A DNA stretch of 29,694 bases from an uncultured Clostridia bacterium (GCA_947177695.1 CAMWVO010000001.1:1-29694); one strand, 5' to 3'. Shown: positions 10,042 through 18,454, counted from the first letter of the stretch. Translations and numbers: made by a program. Notes: generated from the letters alone by a model not told the origin.

Positions 10042-10165
10042 AAGAATAGTTTCCTTTCCAATTTGCTCTTTGTCTGCGAACGCAGCTTTGTTTAAAAATG
10101 CTTTCACGAACGCAGGGGCAGGGGGAAAAAAGCTTACCCAAAAGCCTGTTCCCCCGCCCCGTTTT

Positions 10166-11830
10166 TTAGTTGTTATATGCTATATCGTACTCTACAACGA
10201 GGGTATCCTCGGTAAGATATGTCTGGAGTACGAGATTTTTTACATTGCTGTCCTTGCTCTTTGCGTATTTCTGGAATTCCTTCCACTGATCGGTATCGCG
10301 GAGAGCCTCCCATACGTCGCGGGACGTAACCCTGATATGAGCAACGTTCTTGCCTGCTGCGATAGCTGCGTCAAGCTCGTCGTACATACCCTGCTTAGCG
10401 GACGCAAGGTCGCTGAATTCCTTATTGTAAGCCTTGAAGTAGTAGCACGCCGTTTTGGTGCAGGCGGGAGGATTGTAGATCTTAACGCGGCTTCCGTTTT
10501 TCCTTGTTACGGTGCTGACGTTAAGGTGAGTATTCTTGATCATATCGTCATTTGCAAGGAAGAACAGGTAACGGATGTAGCTGCTCTTGCCGTAGGACGA
10601 AGTGGGGTCGCCCCATGTGGAGTCGAGGATATAGTATCCGTTGTCGCAGTAAACAACGTTCCATGCGTGGGTGCTTCCCTCGATGTTGTTTCCTGTAACT
10701 ACCATGCAGTCGATGCCTGCGATGTCGCAGAGGTAAAGAACGGTTTTTGCATAGCCCTGGCACTGGAGTTCGCCTCCGTCTGTCAGACCGTTGTAGATAC
10801 CGCAGGTCTTGTAGTTGCCCTGGAGGCTGAAGGTGTTGTTTAAAATTACCCAGTCGTAAATTACTTTAAGTTTGCTTACAGTGCTTGTATAGCCGTTGAC
10901 CTTGCTCATGATCTCGCTTACCGTCGCGTCGATCTCTTTCTGGGTCGCAGCAGCCTGGTCGGGTGTAAGATCGTACTGGAGGTTTATCATTCCGCCCAGC
11001 GAAACGGGAACAACGTTGGACATCCAGAAAAGCTGAGGTTCCTGATTGTACACGAGAGAGTAAACTCTTACGATATCGTCCGCGCCCATCGACGAGGGAA
11101 CGTCCACCTGAGTGTCAAAGTTTTCGGCAGCCTCAACTATATCCGCATAGAATGCCTGCTCGGTCTTGCTGAGCTGCTGATAGGGATATCTGTCCTTGTA
11201 GTTCTTGGAGTAGGCTGTTTTAACAGGGTTTGTTTTAGACGGCTTCTTTGTGGTCTCTTCCTCGATGATCTCGGTCTTTTTGGGAGCTGTGGTCGTCGCC
11301 TGAGTAGCCTCTGCGGGCTTCTGGTCGGTAACGTAGTCGGAGTGGATGAATGTGCCGTCCGCAAGCTTGTAGTAGCCTGTATCTGTTGCGGCAACTATGT
11401 TGATCTTCTGACCCACGTCGTATTTCTTAACGGATTCCGAGCCGACTATCGCCTGAGTTCTGGAGTAGCAGGAGGTCTTTATGTAAAGTGTCTCGCTGAT
11501 CTCGGTCTCGTTCCAGGCTTTTGCGGCTGCTGCGGAAGCGGTCGCCGCCGTAGCTTCGGTGGAAGCGGCGGTAGTTGTCTCCGTTGCGCTTGTTTCCGTT
11601 TCGCTTTCGGTAGTGGTATCCTCCGTAGTGGTCTCCTCAGGGACTGTGGTGGTTTCAGCGGTAGTTTCCGACTCCGTCTCGGACTCTGTAGTCATCTGAG
11701 TGAGCGACATGGACGAGGTGTCATCGCCCACATCGGGAAGTCCCGCCGATTCCTCGTCGGTTTTCTTACAGCCGGCGAGCATTGACGCCGCCATTAAGAA
11801 CGCAAGGATCAGACTAATTTTTTTCTTCAT
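10166..11830 (-). CDS. Transglutaminase-like/papain-fold lipoprotein with T/E-rich linker and SH3b-like domain, paralog 1
   Basis: SD AAGGAG; lipobox LAGC; SH3b-like segment at aa ~106-170; LQCQGYAKTVLYLC...HAWNVVYCDNGYYILDSTWGDP. Confidence 0.88.
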   Translation of the reverse strand: MKKKISLILAFLMAASMLAGCKKTDEESAGLPDVGDDTSSMSLTQMTTESETESETTAETTTVPEETTTEDTTTESETETSATETTTAASTEATAATASAAAAKAWNETEISETLYIKTSCYSRTQAIVGSESVKKYDVGQKINIVAATDTGYYKLADGTFIHSDYVTDQKPAEATQATTTAPKKTEIIEEETTKKPSKTNPVKTAYSKNYKDRYPYQQLSKTEQAFYADIVEAAENFDTQVDVPSSMGADDIVRVYSLVYNQEPQLFWMSNVVPVSLGGMINLQYDLTPDQAAATQKEIDATVSEIMSKVNGYTSTVSKLKVIYDWVILNNTFSLQGNYKTCGIYNGLTDGGELQCQGYAKTVLYLCDIAGIDCMVVTGNNIEGSTHAWNVVYCDNGYYILDSTWGDPTSSYGKSSYIRYLFFLANDDMIKNTHLNVSTVTRKNGSRVKIYNPPACTKTACYYFKAYNKEFSDLASAKQGMYDELDAAIAAGKNVAHIRVTSRDVWEALRDTDQWKEFQKYAKSKDSNVKNLVLQTYLTEDTLVVEYDIAYNN

Positions 11831-13193
11831 TTTGCATACTCTCCTTTTCTTCGCTTGTTACAGTATCCTTGATAATTTTTGCCTTGATCTTGGTAATACA
11901 CCGGTCCTCGGTAAGCAGGACGGTGAAAAGCACTCCGCCGTATTCGGCAGAGGGATTTTCGTTTTCTTCGGGGATACGTCCCAGAAGTTCGGCTATAAAG
12001 CCGTTCATTGTGTCAAAGCCGTTTTCCTCGGGAAGCTCTATCCCGAAAACTGGAAGTATCTCCTCGGGGTCGGCATTGCCCGCGATAACGTAGGTGTCCT
12101 CGGAAATCTCGGTAAGCGCGGCTTCTTCCTCGTCGTACTCGTCCTGGATATTTCCGACTATCCTTTCCACGATATCCTCCATCGTTACCAGTCCCGCCGT
12201 TCCTCCGTACTCGTCAACAACGGCAGCCATCTGCATTTTCTCGGAGGTGAGCCGCTTAAAGGCTTCTCCGCATGGGACGGATTCGGGAAGATATATGATA
12301 TCCCGCATAAAGCTTTTTGCCTCGGTATCCTCCGCGGATTCGGAGCCTACCAGACAGAGCAGGTCTTTAACGCAGATCATTCCCGCGATATGGTCGATGG
12401 TCTCCTCGTAGACGGGTATCCGTGAAAAGCCGCTTCCTATGGCGGCGTTCACAACCTCCGATACCCTTGCGGACATTTCCACCGCCGTAATGTCGGTACG
12501 GTGGGTCATTATATCCGAAACGGTAAGGTCGTCAAACTGGAAAACGTTGTTTATCATTTCCCTCTGGGACTCCTCTATAACGCCTGTTTCGTTGCCCGCG
12601 TCCACCATCATGAGGATATCCTCCTCTGTAACGATATCGGGCTCGCTGCCGGTTTTGGCTCCGAAAAGCGGAGCAAGCAGCCTTGTGAGCATGGAGGAAA
12701 GCGCGGTAAGCGGCGTAAGGACCGTCATCAAAAGCTTTACAAAGGGTGCGCAGAAAACCGCAAATTTCTCGCTTTTTGCCGCGGGCAGTCTTTTCGGTAT
12801 GCCCTCGCAGAAAGAAGTAAAGATCACCACCGTGCCTGTCATTATCAGGAGCGCGGCAATAATCTCCGCAAGGGGGTCGCCGTAAGCTGTTCCCTCGGCG
12901 GCTTCGCCGTTTACAAGACGGAACACAAGTCCCGACAAAGGCGCGAGAAAAAATATCATTGCCAGATAAGCGGCTGCAATGCCCGTAAGCGTTCTGTTCA
13001 CGGAAAACGCCGTCATAAGACGCGCGGGCTTTTCCGTCATATCGGCAAGCAGCTGTTTCCGTTTTGAACCGTCGGAATTTTTGAGCTTCCGCCAGTCGGT
13101 CTCGGTCACAGCCGATTCGCATACGGTGCAGAAACCTTTATAAAGTATGACTGCAAGAATAATAAGACTTCGGGGGTACCCGTCGGAATCCAT
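11814..13193 (-). CDS. CNNM/DUF21-CBS-CorC/HlyC 'hemolysin family' protein (putative Mg2+/Co2+ transport)
   Basis: N-terminal TM region (EGIPK), VTEEDILMMV, tandem CBS (DIMTHRTDI, GFSRIPVYEETIDHIAG, VVDEYGGTAGLVTMEDIVERIVGNIQDEYD), CorC-like C-terminus. SD GAAAGGA before ATG 13193. Confidence 0.93.
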   Translation of the reverse strand: MDSDGYPRSLIILAVILYKGFCTVCESAVTETDWRKLKNSDGSKRKQLLADMTEKPARLMTAFSVNRTLTGIAAAYLAMIFFLAPLSGLVFRLVNGEAAEGTAYGDPLAEIIAALLIMTGTVVIFTSFCEGIPKRLPAAKSEKFAVFCAPFVKLLMTVLTPLTALSSMLTRLLAPLFGAKTGSEPDIVTEEDILMMVDAGNETGVIEESQREMINNVFQFDDLTVSDIMTHRTDITAVEMSARVSEVVNAAIGSGFSRIPVYEETIDHIAGMICVKDLLCLVGSESAEDTEAKSFMRDIIYLPESVPCGEAFKRLTSEKMQMAAVVDEYGGTAGLVTMEDIVERIVGNIQDEYDEEEAALTEISEDTYVIAGNADPEEILPVFGIELPEENGFDTMNGFIAELLGRIPEENENPSAEYGGVLFTVLLTEDRCITKIKAKIIKDTVTSEEKESMQNEEKN

Positions 13194-13258
13194 AATCAAC
13201 TTCCTTTCGGACGATCGTTTTGTGTACAGTTCAGAAAGCGCAAACTGACACATTAAAA

Positions 13259-13287
13259 ATTATACAACAAACCGACAAAAAAGTCAA
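13259..13287 (-). promoter_or_regulatory. sigma-A-type promoter for the CNNM + lipoprotein operon
   Basis: TTGACT (13287-13282), 17-nt spacer, TATAAT (13264-13259). Confidence 0.8.
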
Positions 13288-13444
13288 GGAGATTACTACA
13301 GCCAATTATTATGAAAAATGACCGTAAAATCCGCTGATTTTTGGTGTGTTTGCGACATTTCTGCGCTATACATATATATCTGTAACCGAAGTTTAAAAAA
13401 TGTAAACGCTTTGTAACCGATTTTGCCGCAGTTCTGCCGCCGCG

Positions 13445-14902
13445 TCATTGATGAACGGAGGCGCCGCCGCTTTCGCTTCCAAAAAATTCCTCGGCTTTTT
13501 TTACATCTATCCCGCATATGCGGTGCTTGGAGGCGTGTTCGCCGCGGCTGTAGACCCATACGTCGCAGGTGCCGTTAAAGCGCTGGAATATCGTGCGGGA
13601 CAGTCTCACATAGGCTATCCTGCTTTTCGGCACTATGACCGTGTGGAACTGGGAAAACGTGCAGTACTTTAGTGTAATGGTATCGCTTCCGAAGCCGATA
13701 CCCGTGGTAAATTTTGCCGTTATTTTTACCGCGATAAGGTACAGCGAGGGTATCTCTCCCATTATCAGCAGGAACTTCACAATGCCGCTCCATGCGGGGA
13801 AAAACCGAGCTGCGGCAACCGCTCCCACAGGCAGCAGGACTGCGGAAAGAAGCGGTCCCCAGAGAAACGGCAGTATATAGAACGGCTTGGGCTTCAGGGA
13901 AATATTACTCAGAGTAAAGCTTGGCAGCATCATCTGCATGGTACTCATAACACGCTTTTTGGTAGTTATGGGTACAAAGACAGGTATCTCGTTCTTGGAC
14001 TTTCCGTAGCCGGTGCAGCTGACGTGAACGGACATCACGCGGCATATTTTCATAAGCAGGTTCTGGCGCAGGTCGGCGCAGTTCACTTTGGAAATATTCA
14101 CATAATATCTCCATTTTGAAAAGAAACCGTTCCGCACCGTAATATCGTTTCCGCACCGCTGTATGCGGAAGTTGATGTGTCTCAGAAGATTGGATACAAA
14201 GGAAAATCCCCAGCCCAGCGCAAATATCAGCGTCAGCGCGACTGCGGCGGGGGTAACTCCCGAAATTATCCTCTGCATAAATTCCGTAACGTCGCTGACT
14301 GCGTTCAGGAACTGCTCCTCAAGCTGATCTCCCACGATACGGCTTCCCTGAATGAAAAGCGTGCCGAGGAAGATAATTCCCGAAAGTGTGGAGGAAAATA
14401 CCAGCGAAAAGAAAACCAGATCGGCTTTAGAGGCTCGGTAGGAGAACTTTGCGTTTGCGGACGAATTTGGGATATTGTTGTATATCTTTGTATAATCGGT
14501 TAGTTTCATGATAAGCTCCGCATCGGCTTTTTTTCCCTGTCCCAGAGTGGAGTGGGAGTCCGAATCGAGAGCCACCGTTACCGCGCGTATGGGACGAAGC
14601 CATATGGAGCGCGCGGCGGAAGCGCAGGCTACCGCCGAATAGGGTATGGTAAATTCGTTCCTCAGAAACATACCGTGGGAAATGGAAATACCGTTTTCCC
14701 CCACCTCAAAGCGTATAAAATACCACCTTAAAACCGCAAAGCCTATCATAAGCAAAATTACGATCAGATCCCAGTACGCGCCCTGAAGCCAGTGGTAAAG
14801 ATCGAAGTTCATAGCCGCAAGTCCGCGCACCAGCGGTATCAGGAGCATCCAGAAGTTTTTTGTGGTATATTTCAGAATGGCGATCTTATGCTGCCGCGAC
14901 AT
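13445..14902 (-). CDS. YdbT-like membrane protein with bacterial PH (bPH_2) domains
   Basis: About 485 aa with alternating TM pairs and soluble segments (GISISHGMFLRNEFTIPYS...SIWLRPI; TIFQRFNGTCDV). ATG overlaps the upstream TGA. Confidence 0.8.
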   Translation of the reverse strand: MSRQHKIAILKYTTKNFWMLLIPLVRGLAAMNFDLYHWLQGAYWDLIVILLMIGFAVLRWYFIRFEVGENGISISHGMFLRNEFTIPYSAVACASAARSIWLRPIRAVTVALDSDSHSTLGQGKKADAELIMKLTDYTKIYNNIPNSSANAKFSYRASKADLVFFSLVFSSTLSGIIFLGTLFIQGSRIVGDQLEEQFLNAVSDVTEFMQRIISGVTPAAVALTLIFALGWGFSFVSNLLRHINFRIQRCGNDITVRNGFFSKWRYYVNISKVNCADLRQNLLMKICRVMSVHVSCTGYGKSKNEIPVFVPITTKKRVMSTMQMMLPSFTLSNISLKPKPFYILPFLWGPLLSAVLLPVGAVAAARFFPAWSGIVKFLLIMGEIPSLYLIAVKITAKFTTGIGFGSDTITLKYCTFSQFHTVIVPKSRIAYVRLSRTIFQRFNGTCDVWVYSRGEHASKHRICGIDVKKAEEFFGSESGGASVHQ

Positions 14903-15399
14903 CAAAGCCCTCCTCTGCTGCTGAGATACTGCCGTATCTTTTTGTCTATTTCTTCCATATCGGAATGGGATAAAAACATCATTATCAGCCGTCCGCCGTA
15001 AGCGTTTATTAACAAAAAATTAAAACTTGTGTAGCGGGAAAGGGGCATGGAGACCGTTGTTGTATACTGCACCGAGGACATTTTCACATAGATGGTATTG
15101 TTGAAAAATACTCCCGAGCGTATAATTATTTCGTCCGCTGAAAGGGTGTAGCTTACCGAGCGGTACCACAGCGGCAGAATAATCATCAGAAATATCACAT
15201 ATGCTGTTACAAGCAGTCCTATGAATATCCAGATGATTATTTCGGGAACGGTGACCTTTGCCAGCGCAAAATAGTCGGGGTAGCGCGCTTCGAGAAAATA
15301 CAGCAGGTACTTCAGCGCGATGATGATGCAGATTATCAGCAGGAATGTGAATATCCTAAGGAATTTCAAGCTCTTTCTATCCGCGTAGTATTTTTTCAT
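14902..15399 (-). CDS. YdbS-like PH-domain membrane protein
   Basis: 165 aa, two TM segments then YTLSADEIIIRSGVFFNNTIYVKMSSVQY. Coupled to the ydbT-like gene. Start reassigned to ATG 15399. Confidence 0.8.
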   Translation of the reverse strand: MKKYYADRKSLKFLRIFTFLLIICIIIALKYLLYFLEARYPDYFALAKVTVPEIIIWIFIGLLVTAYVIFLMIILPLWYRSVSYTLSADEIIIRSGVFFNNTIYVKMSSVQYTTTVSMPLSRYTSFNFLLINAYGGRLIMMFLSHSDMEEIDKKIRQYLSSRGGL

Positions 15400-15467
15400 A
15401 GCGATCAAAAACCTCGTTTGTCCTGTAATTAATGTGGGAGACGCGATCGTCCCGCGGGTCTGCAATA

Positions 15468-15482
15468 TGTTATAGTATATCA
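15468..15482. promoter_or_regulatory. Overlapping divergent extended -10 elements
   Basis: + strand TGtTATAGT (15468-15476); - strand TGaTATACT (15482-15474). No consensus -35 on either strand. Confidence 0.5.
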
Positions 15483-15556
15483 CGTTTCAGCCGCAAAAAA
15501 GCGTTTGCGGAATTTTTTCAGCGGGAGTGATCAGGGTGTACGGAATATTCTATGAT

Positions 15557-16894
15557 ATGATTTGCAATATTATCAGCAAACTCAATAATTTCCTGTGGGG
15601 AACGGGAACTGTCGCCCTTGTTTTCGGTGCGGGCATCTTCTTTACCCTGCGCTTCAAGGGTTTTAACATTATACATATAGTATATATTTTTAAATCCACG
15701 CTTTTTGAAAAAAAGAAAAACGGCAGCGCCCCAAAAGGAAAAATATCCCGTTTTCAGGCATTGTCAACCGCTCTTGCGGCTTCTATGGGGACAGGCAATA
15801 TTATAGGAGTAGCCGCCGCGATTTCCGTGGGCGGAGCGGGAGCAATTTTCTGGATGTGGGTCGTGGCGCTTTTCGGGACGGCTACGGGCATGGCGGAAAA
15901 TATTCTCGGAACAAAATATCAAGCCAAGGGGGACAGTCCCATGTCCTACGTGTCGCGGGCGACAGGGTCGGGGAAGCTTGCAGTACTGTACGCGGCTGCC
16001 TGCGCGGCGGCTTCCTTCGGTATCGGGAACATGACCCAGACCAACGCGCTGTCGGCGGCGATGTTCGAGTTCAGAGTTCCGACCGTTGTTTCGGGACTTG
16101 CCGCGGCTTTGTTCTGCGGGGCGGTAATATTCGGCGGAGGAAAAAAAGTCGCCGCAGCGGCAGAAAAAATGATCCCCGCCGTGTCCCTTTTTTACATAGC
16201 GGGAGCCGTTATTGTAATGGTGTTATTCGGTAAAAATATCATAGAAGTATTAAAGCTTATCCTTGGATCTGCAATGGGTTATTCACAAATTGCGGGAGGC
16301 TTCTGCGGCGCCGCGCTGAAAAAAGCCGTCGCCGTAGGACTGCGCCGCGGTGTCTTTTCCAACGAGGCGGGCATGGGAAGCTCTGTACTGGTACACACTG
16401 AAACAGGCTGTACCGAACCTCTGCAAATGGGAATGTGGGCAGCCGCGGAAATTGTTATCGACACGCTGATATGCTGTACTGCGACTGCCTTTGTTATCCT
16501 GCTCACGGGCGCGGACGCTTCGGGAGCGGAGGGTCTTGCCATGGTGACCGAGGGCTTCAGGCGCGGACTTGGAAATTACGCCGCGGTTTTTGCCTCCGTC
16601 TCAACGGTGATATTTGCGGTCTGCACTCTTCTTGGCTGGTATTTTTACGGAGAAAAATGCGTCCGCTATATATTCAAAGCCAAAAGCTCCGAAGCTGTTT
16701 TCGTCTATAGGATACTCTACACTGCCGCGGCTTTTCTCGGAGCCGTTACAGAGCTTTCCCTGGTCTGGGGCGCAGCCGATCTGCTCAACTGGTTCATGCT
16801 GGCGATAAATCTGTCATCGGTGCTGCTTCTCGGCGGAGAGGCTGCGGAGTGCGTAAATAATTATACTAAAAGTATATTCAGTAAAAAGAAGTAG
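15557..16894 (+). CDS. Alanine/glycine:cation symporter (AGCS family)
   Basis: ALSTALAASMGTGNIIGVA, GAIFWMW, GLRRGVFSNEAGMGS, CTLLGWYFYGE. Start uncertain (15527 GTG or 15557 ATG). Confidence 0.92.
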   Translation: MICNIISKLNNFLWGTGTVALVFGAGIFFTLRFKGFNIIHIVYIFKSTLFEKKKNGSAPKGKISRFQALSTALAASMGTGNIIGVAAAISVGGAGAIFWMWVVALFGTATGMAENILGTKYQAKGDSPMSYVSRATGSGKLAVLYAAACAAASFGIGNMTQTNALSAAMFEFRVPTVVSGLAAALFCGAVIFGGGKKVAAAAEKMIPAVSLFYIAGAVIVMVLFGKNIIEVLKLILGSAMGYSQIAGGFCGAALKKAVAVGLRRGVFSNEAGMGSSVLVHTETGCTEPLQMGMWAAAEIVIDTLICCTATAFVILLTGADASGAEGLAMVTEGFRRGLGNYAAVFASVSTVIFAVCTLLGWYFYGEKCVRYIFKAKSSEAVFVYRILYTAAAFLGAVTELSLVWGAADLLNWFMLAINLSSVLLLGGEAAECVNNYTKSIFSKKK

Positions 16895-16902
16895 CCGGAC
16901 TT

Positions 16903-17634
16903 TTATCTGTACCGCTTTCTTTTGGGCTTGTATTTGTCCCTTATACGCTTGGGGTGCTTTACGCCCTTGGCTATCTCCATCATTTCACGGCGGAAGCGTT
17001 CGCGGCGCAGATCCCGTTCGCGTATCTTGTTGGCGCAGTGGTCGATATGCCGCGCTATGCGGTCGCCGTAGGTGTAGAAATCCGTTACCTCCACGGTGCT
17101 GACGATCCTGCCGCCGTTTACGTCGTACCACCAGCGGTCAAAGGAAATGCCGTCCTCCGTTTCGGAGTAGCCCAGCCAGCGTGCGTCCTCGTTGAAATAT
17201 CTTGCTTCGGCGTTTATGGTAAGGTGATCGCGTATGCACTCCACGTTCGTCACGTCGGCAAGCTTTATCACCCACATTTTTTTGTAGTGTACCCATTTGC
17301 CGTCGTGACAGACCGCTCTGGTGTGCTGGGAGACCACCATTACCGAACCCGAAATGTGGATATAGGTATGCTCGCGGTGGGCGCGGATAAGTATCTCCGC
17401 GGCGGCAGAGCCGACAAGACAGACAACAAAGCCGTATGCGCAGGCGGCATAGGCAGCATAAAAGATGGTCCTGTACATTTCCTGGGGCAGTTCCTTGTCA
17501 AGCCCCGTCACAAAAAGCAGAACGACCACCAGAAGAGAAACGAGCATACTTACCGCGGGGAGAGCGGCGAGGAATATACGCCTGTTGTATTTTGCGGTCA
17601 GACGCTTTTCGTTGACCCTTATCATCTTGCGCAC
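16903..17634 (-). CDS. Hypothetical membrane protein (2 TM, basic C-terminus)
   Basis: SD GGAGGAGG 6 nt before GTG 17634; two hydrophobic helices; 18 nt downstream of the preceding gene. Confidence 0.75.
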   Translation of the reverse strand: MRKMIRVNEKRLTAKYNRRIFLAALPAVSMLVSLLVVVLLFVTGLDKELPQEMYRTIFYAAYAACAYGFVVCLVGSAAAEILIRAHREHTYIHISGSVMVVSQHTRAVCHDGKWVHYKKMWVIKLADVTNVECIRDHLTINAEARYFNEDARWLGYSETEDGISFDRWWYDVNGGRIVSTVEVTDFYTYGDRIARHIDHCANKIRERDLRRERFRREMMEIAKGVKHPKRIRDKYKPKRKRYR

Positions 17635-17652
17635 AGTTATCCTCCTCCGGGA

Positions 17653-18243
17653 TCAAGCCGTTTCGGTGCCGTAAAGCGGGACTGTCCCGCTGTTCTTTTC
17701 CGTTATGTAGTCCCTGTATTTTTTCAGATCGCCGCGGTAGACAAGCTCCGCGCCCTCGATGCTGCGGAAATCCTCCGGCTCTATAAGGGACGGCTGCTTG
17801 TCTATGTTGTGCTTGACCCCGCTTTTTCCCAGCACAAAGCCGACCCAGACCGAACATACAAAGCGGTTCCTGAGCTTGTAGGGGATATGCAGAGCCATAG
17901 GCAGCAGCGCTCCCACGTCGTAGGAATACGAGCCGCGGTTGAGTATAAAGTGGCGTATCACATCGTTGTAGCGTTCAAGCTGCTCGTCGGTAACGGGCAG
18001 GCGGTAAACCTCTCCGGGGATGGTCTTGCAGGCTCCGAAGACCTCGGTGAAAAGGTCCTCGCGGTTGAAGCCCGCGGGCAGCGGCTTTTCTTTTTTGTCG
18101 CGGCAGAAGCTGTACATTTCTGTGAGCATTTCGTCGGAGGCTATTGAAACGTGGGTGTATCTTTTGCCTGTCACAAAGCCTATGAGCTTTGACGGAAAAG
18201 TTCCCGTTCTTGTGAGGACGAGGTACAGATAACGTTTTTTCAT
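17653..18243 (-). CDS. Permuted papain-like (YiiX/YebB-type NlpC/P60) protein
   Basis: SD AAGGAG before ATG 18243. His comes early (YTHVSIA) and Cys late (YSYDVGALL...FVCSVWV), the order seen in circularly permuted NlpC/P60 enzymes. Confidence 0.7.
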   Translation of the reverse strand: MKKRYLYLVLTRTGTFPSKLIGFVTGKRYTHVSIASDEMLTEMYSFCRDKKEKPLPAGFNREDLFTEVFGACKTIPGEVYRLPVTDEQLERYNDVIRHFILNRGSYSYDVGALLPMALHIPYKLRNRFVCSVWVGFVLGKSGVKHNIDKQPSLIEPEDFRSIEGAELVYRGDLKKYRDYITEKNSGTVPLYGTETA

Positions 18244-18336
18244 GGTACTCCTTTTCGGCGTATCGGTTCGCAAGGCTTGCTGGCGGGAGCAAAGCTTCCG
18301 TTTTTTTCTGCCGTAATTTTAAATAATATTTAATTT

Positions 18337-18365
18337 ATTATAACATTTTTATTTGCCTTTGTATA
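18337..18365 (-). promoter_or_regulatory. Promoter for the 18243/17634 gene pair
   Basis: TATACA, 17-nt spacer, TGtTATAAT (extended -10) on the minus strand. Confidence 0.6.
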
Positions 18366-18454
18366 TAGTGCGGAGAAATTTTATTGTATTTTACACAAAA
18401 AAAGCCCCCAATATTTTAGATATTTAATAAATTTTATAAGATGAAAAAATTCTA

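Noticed and set aside
9701-10843. 380-aa + strand ORF and other long antisense ORFs (4903..5661, 7472..8416, 23385..24359, 24642..25781)
   Set aside because: They lie opposite well-supported genes. Long antisense frames are expected from the codon bias, and none shows motifs.
11814-13193. 'Hemolysin' as a virulence toxin
   Set aside because: Domain architecture is CNNM-CBS-CorC, a cation transport family; the hemolysin label is a legacy annotation.
13296-13559. 87-aa minus-strand ORF in the ydbT-CNNM gap
   Set aside because: Overlaps the ydbT-like 3' end in another frame, has no SD and runs through AT-rich regulatory DNA.
16954-18147. 397-aa + strand ORF
   Set aside because: Antisense shadow of two minus-strand genes that have SD sites and a promoter; no recognisable motifs.
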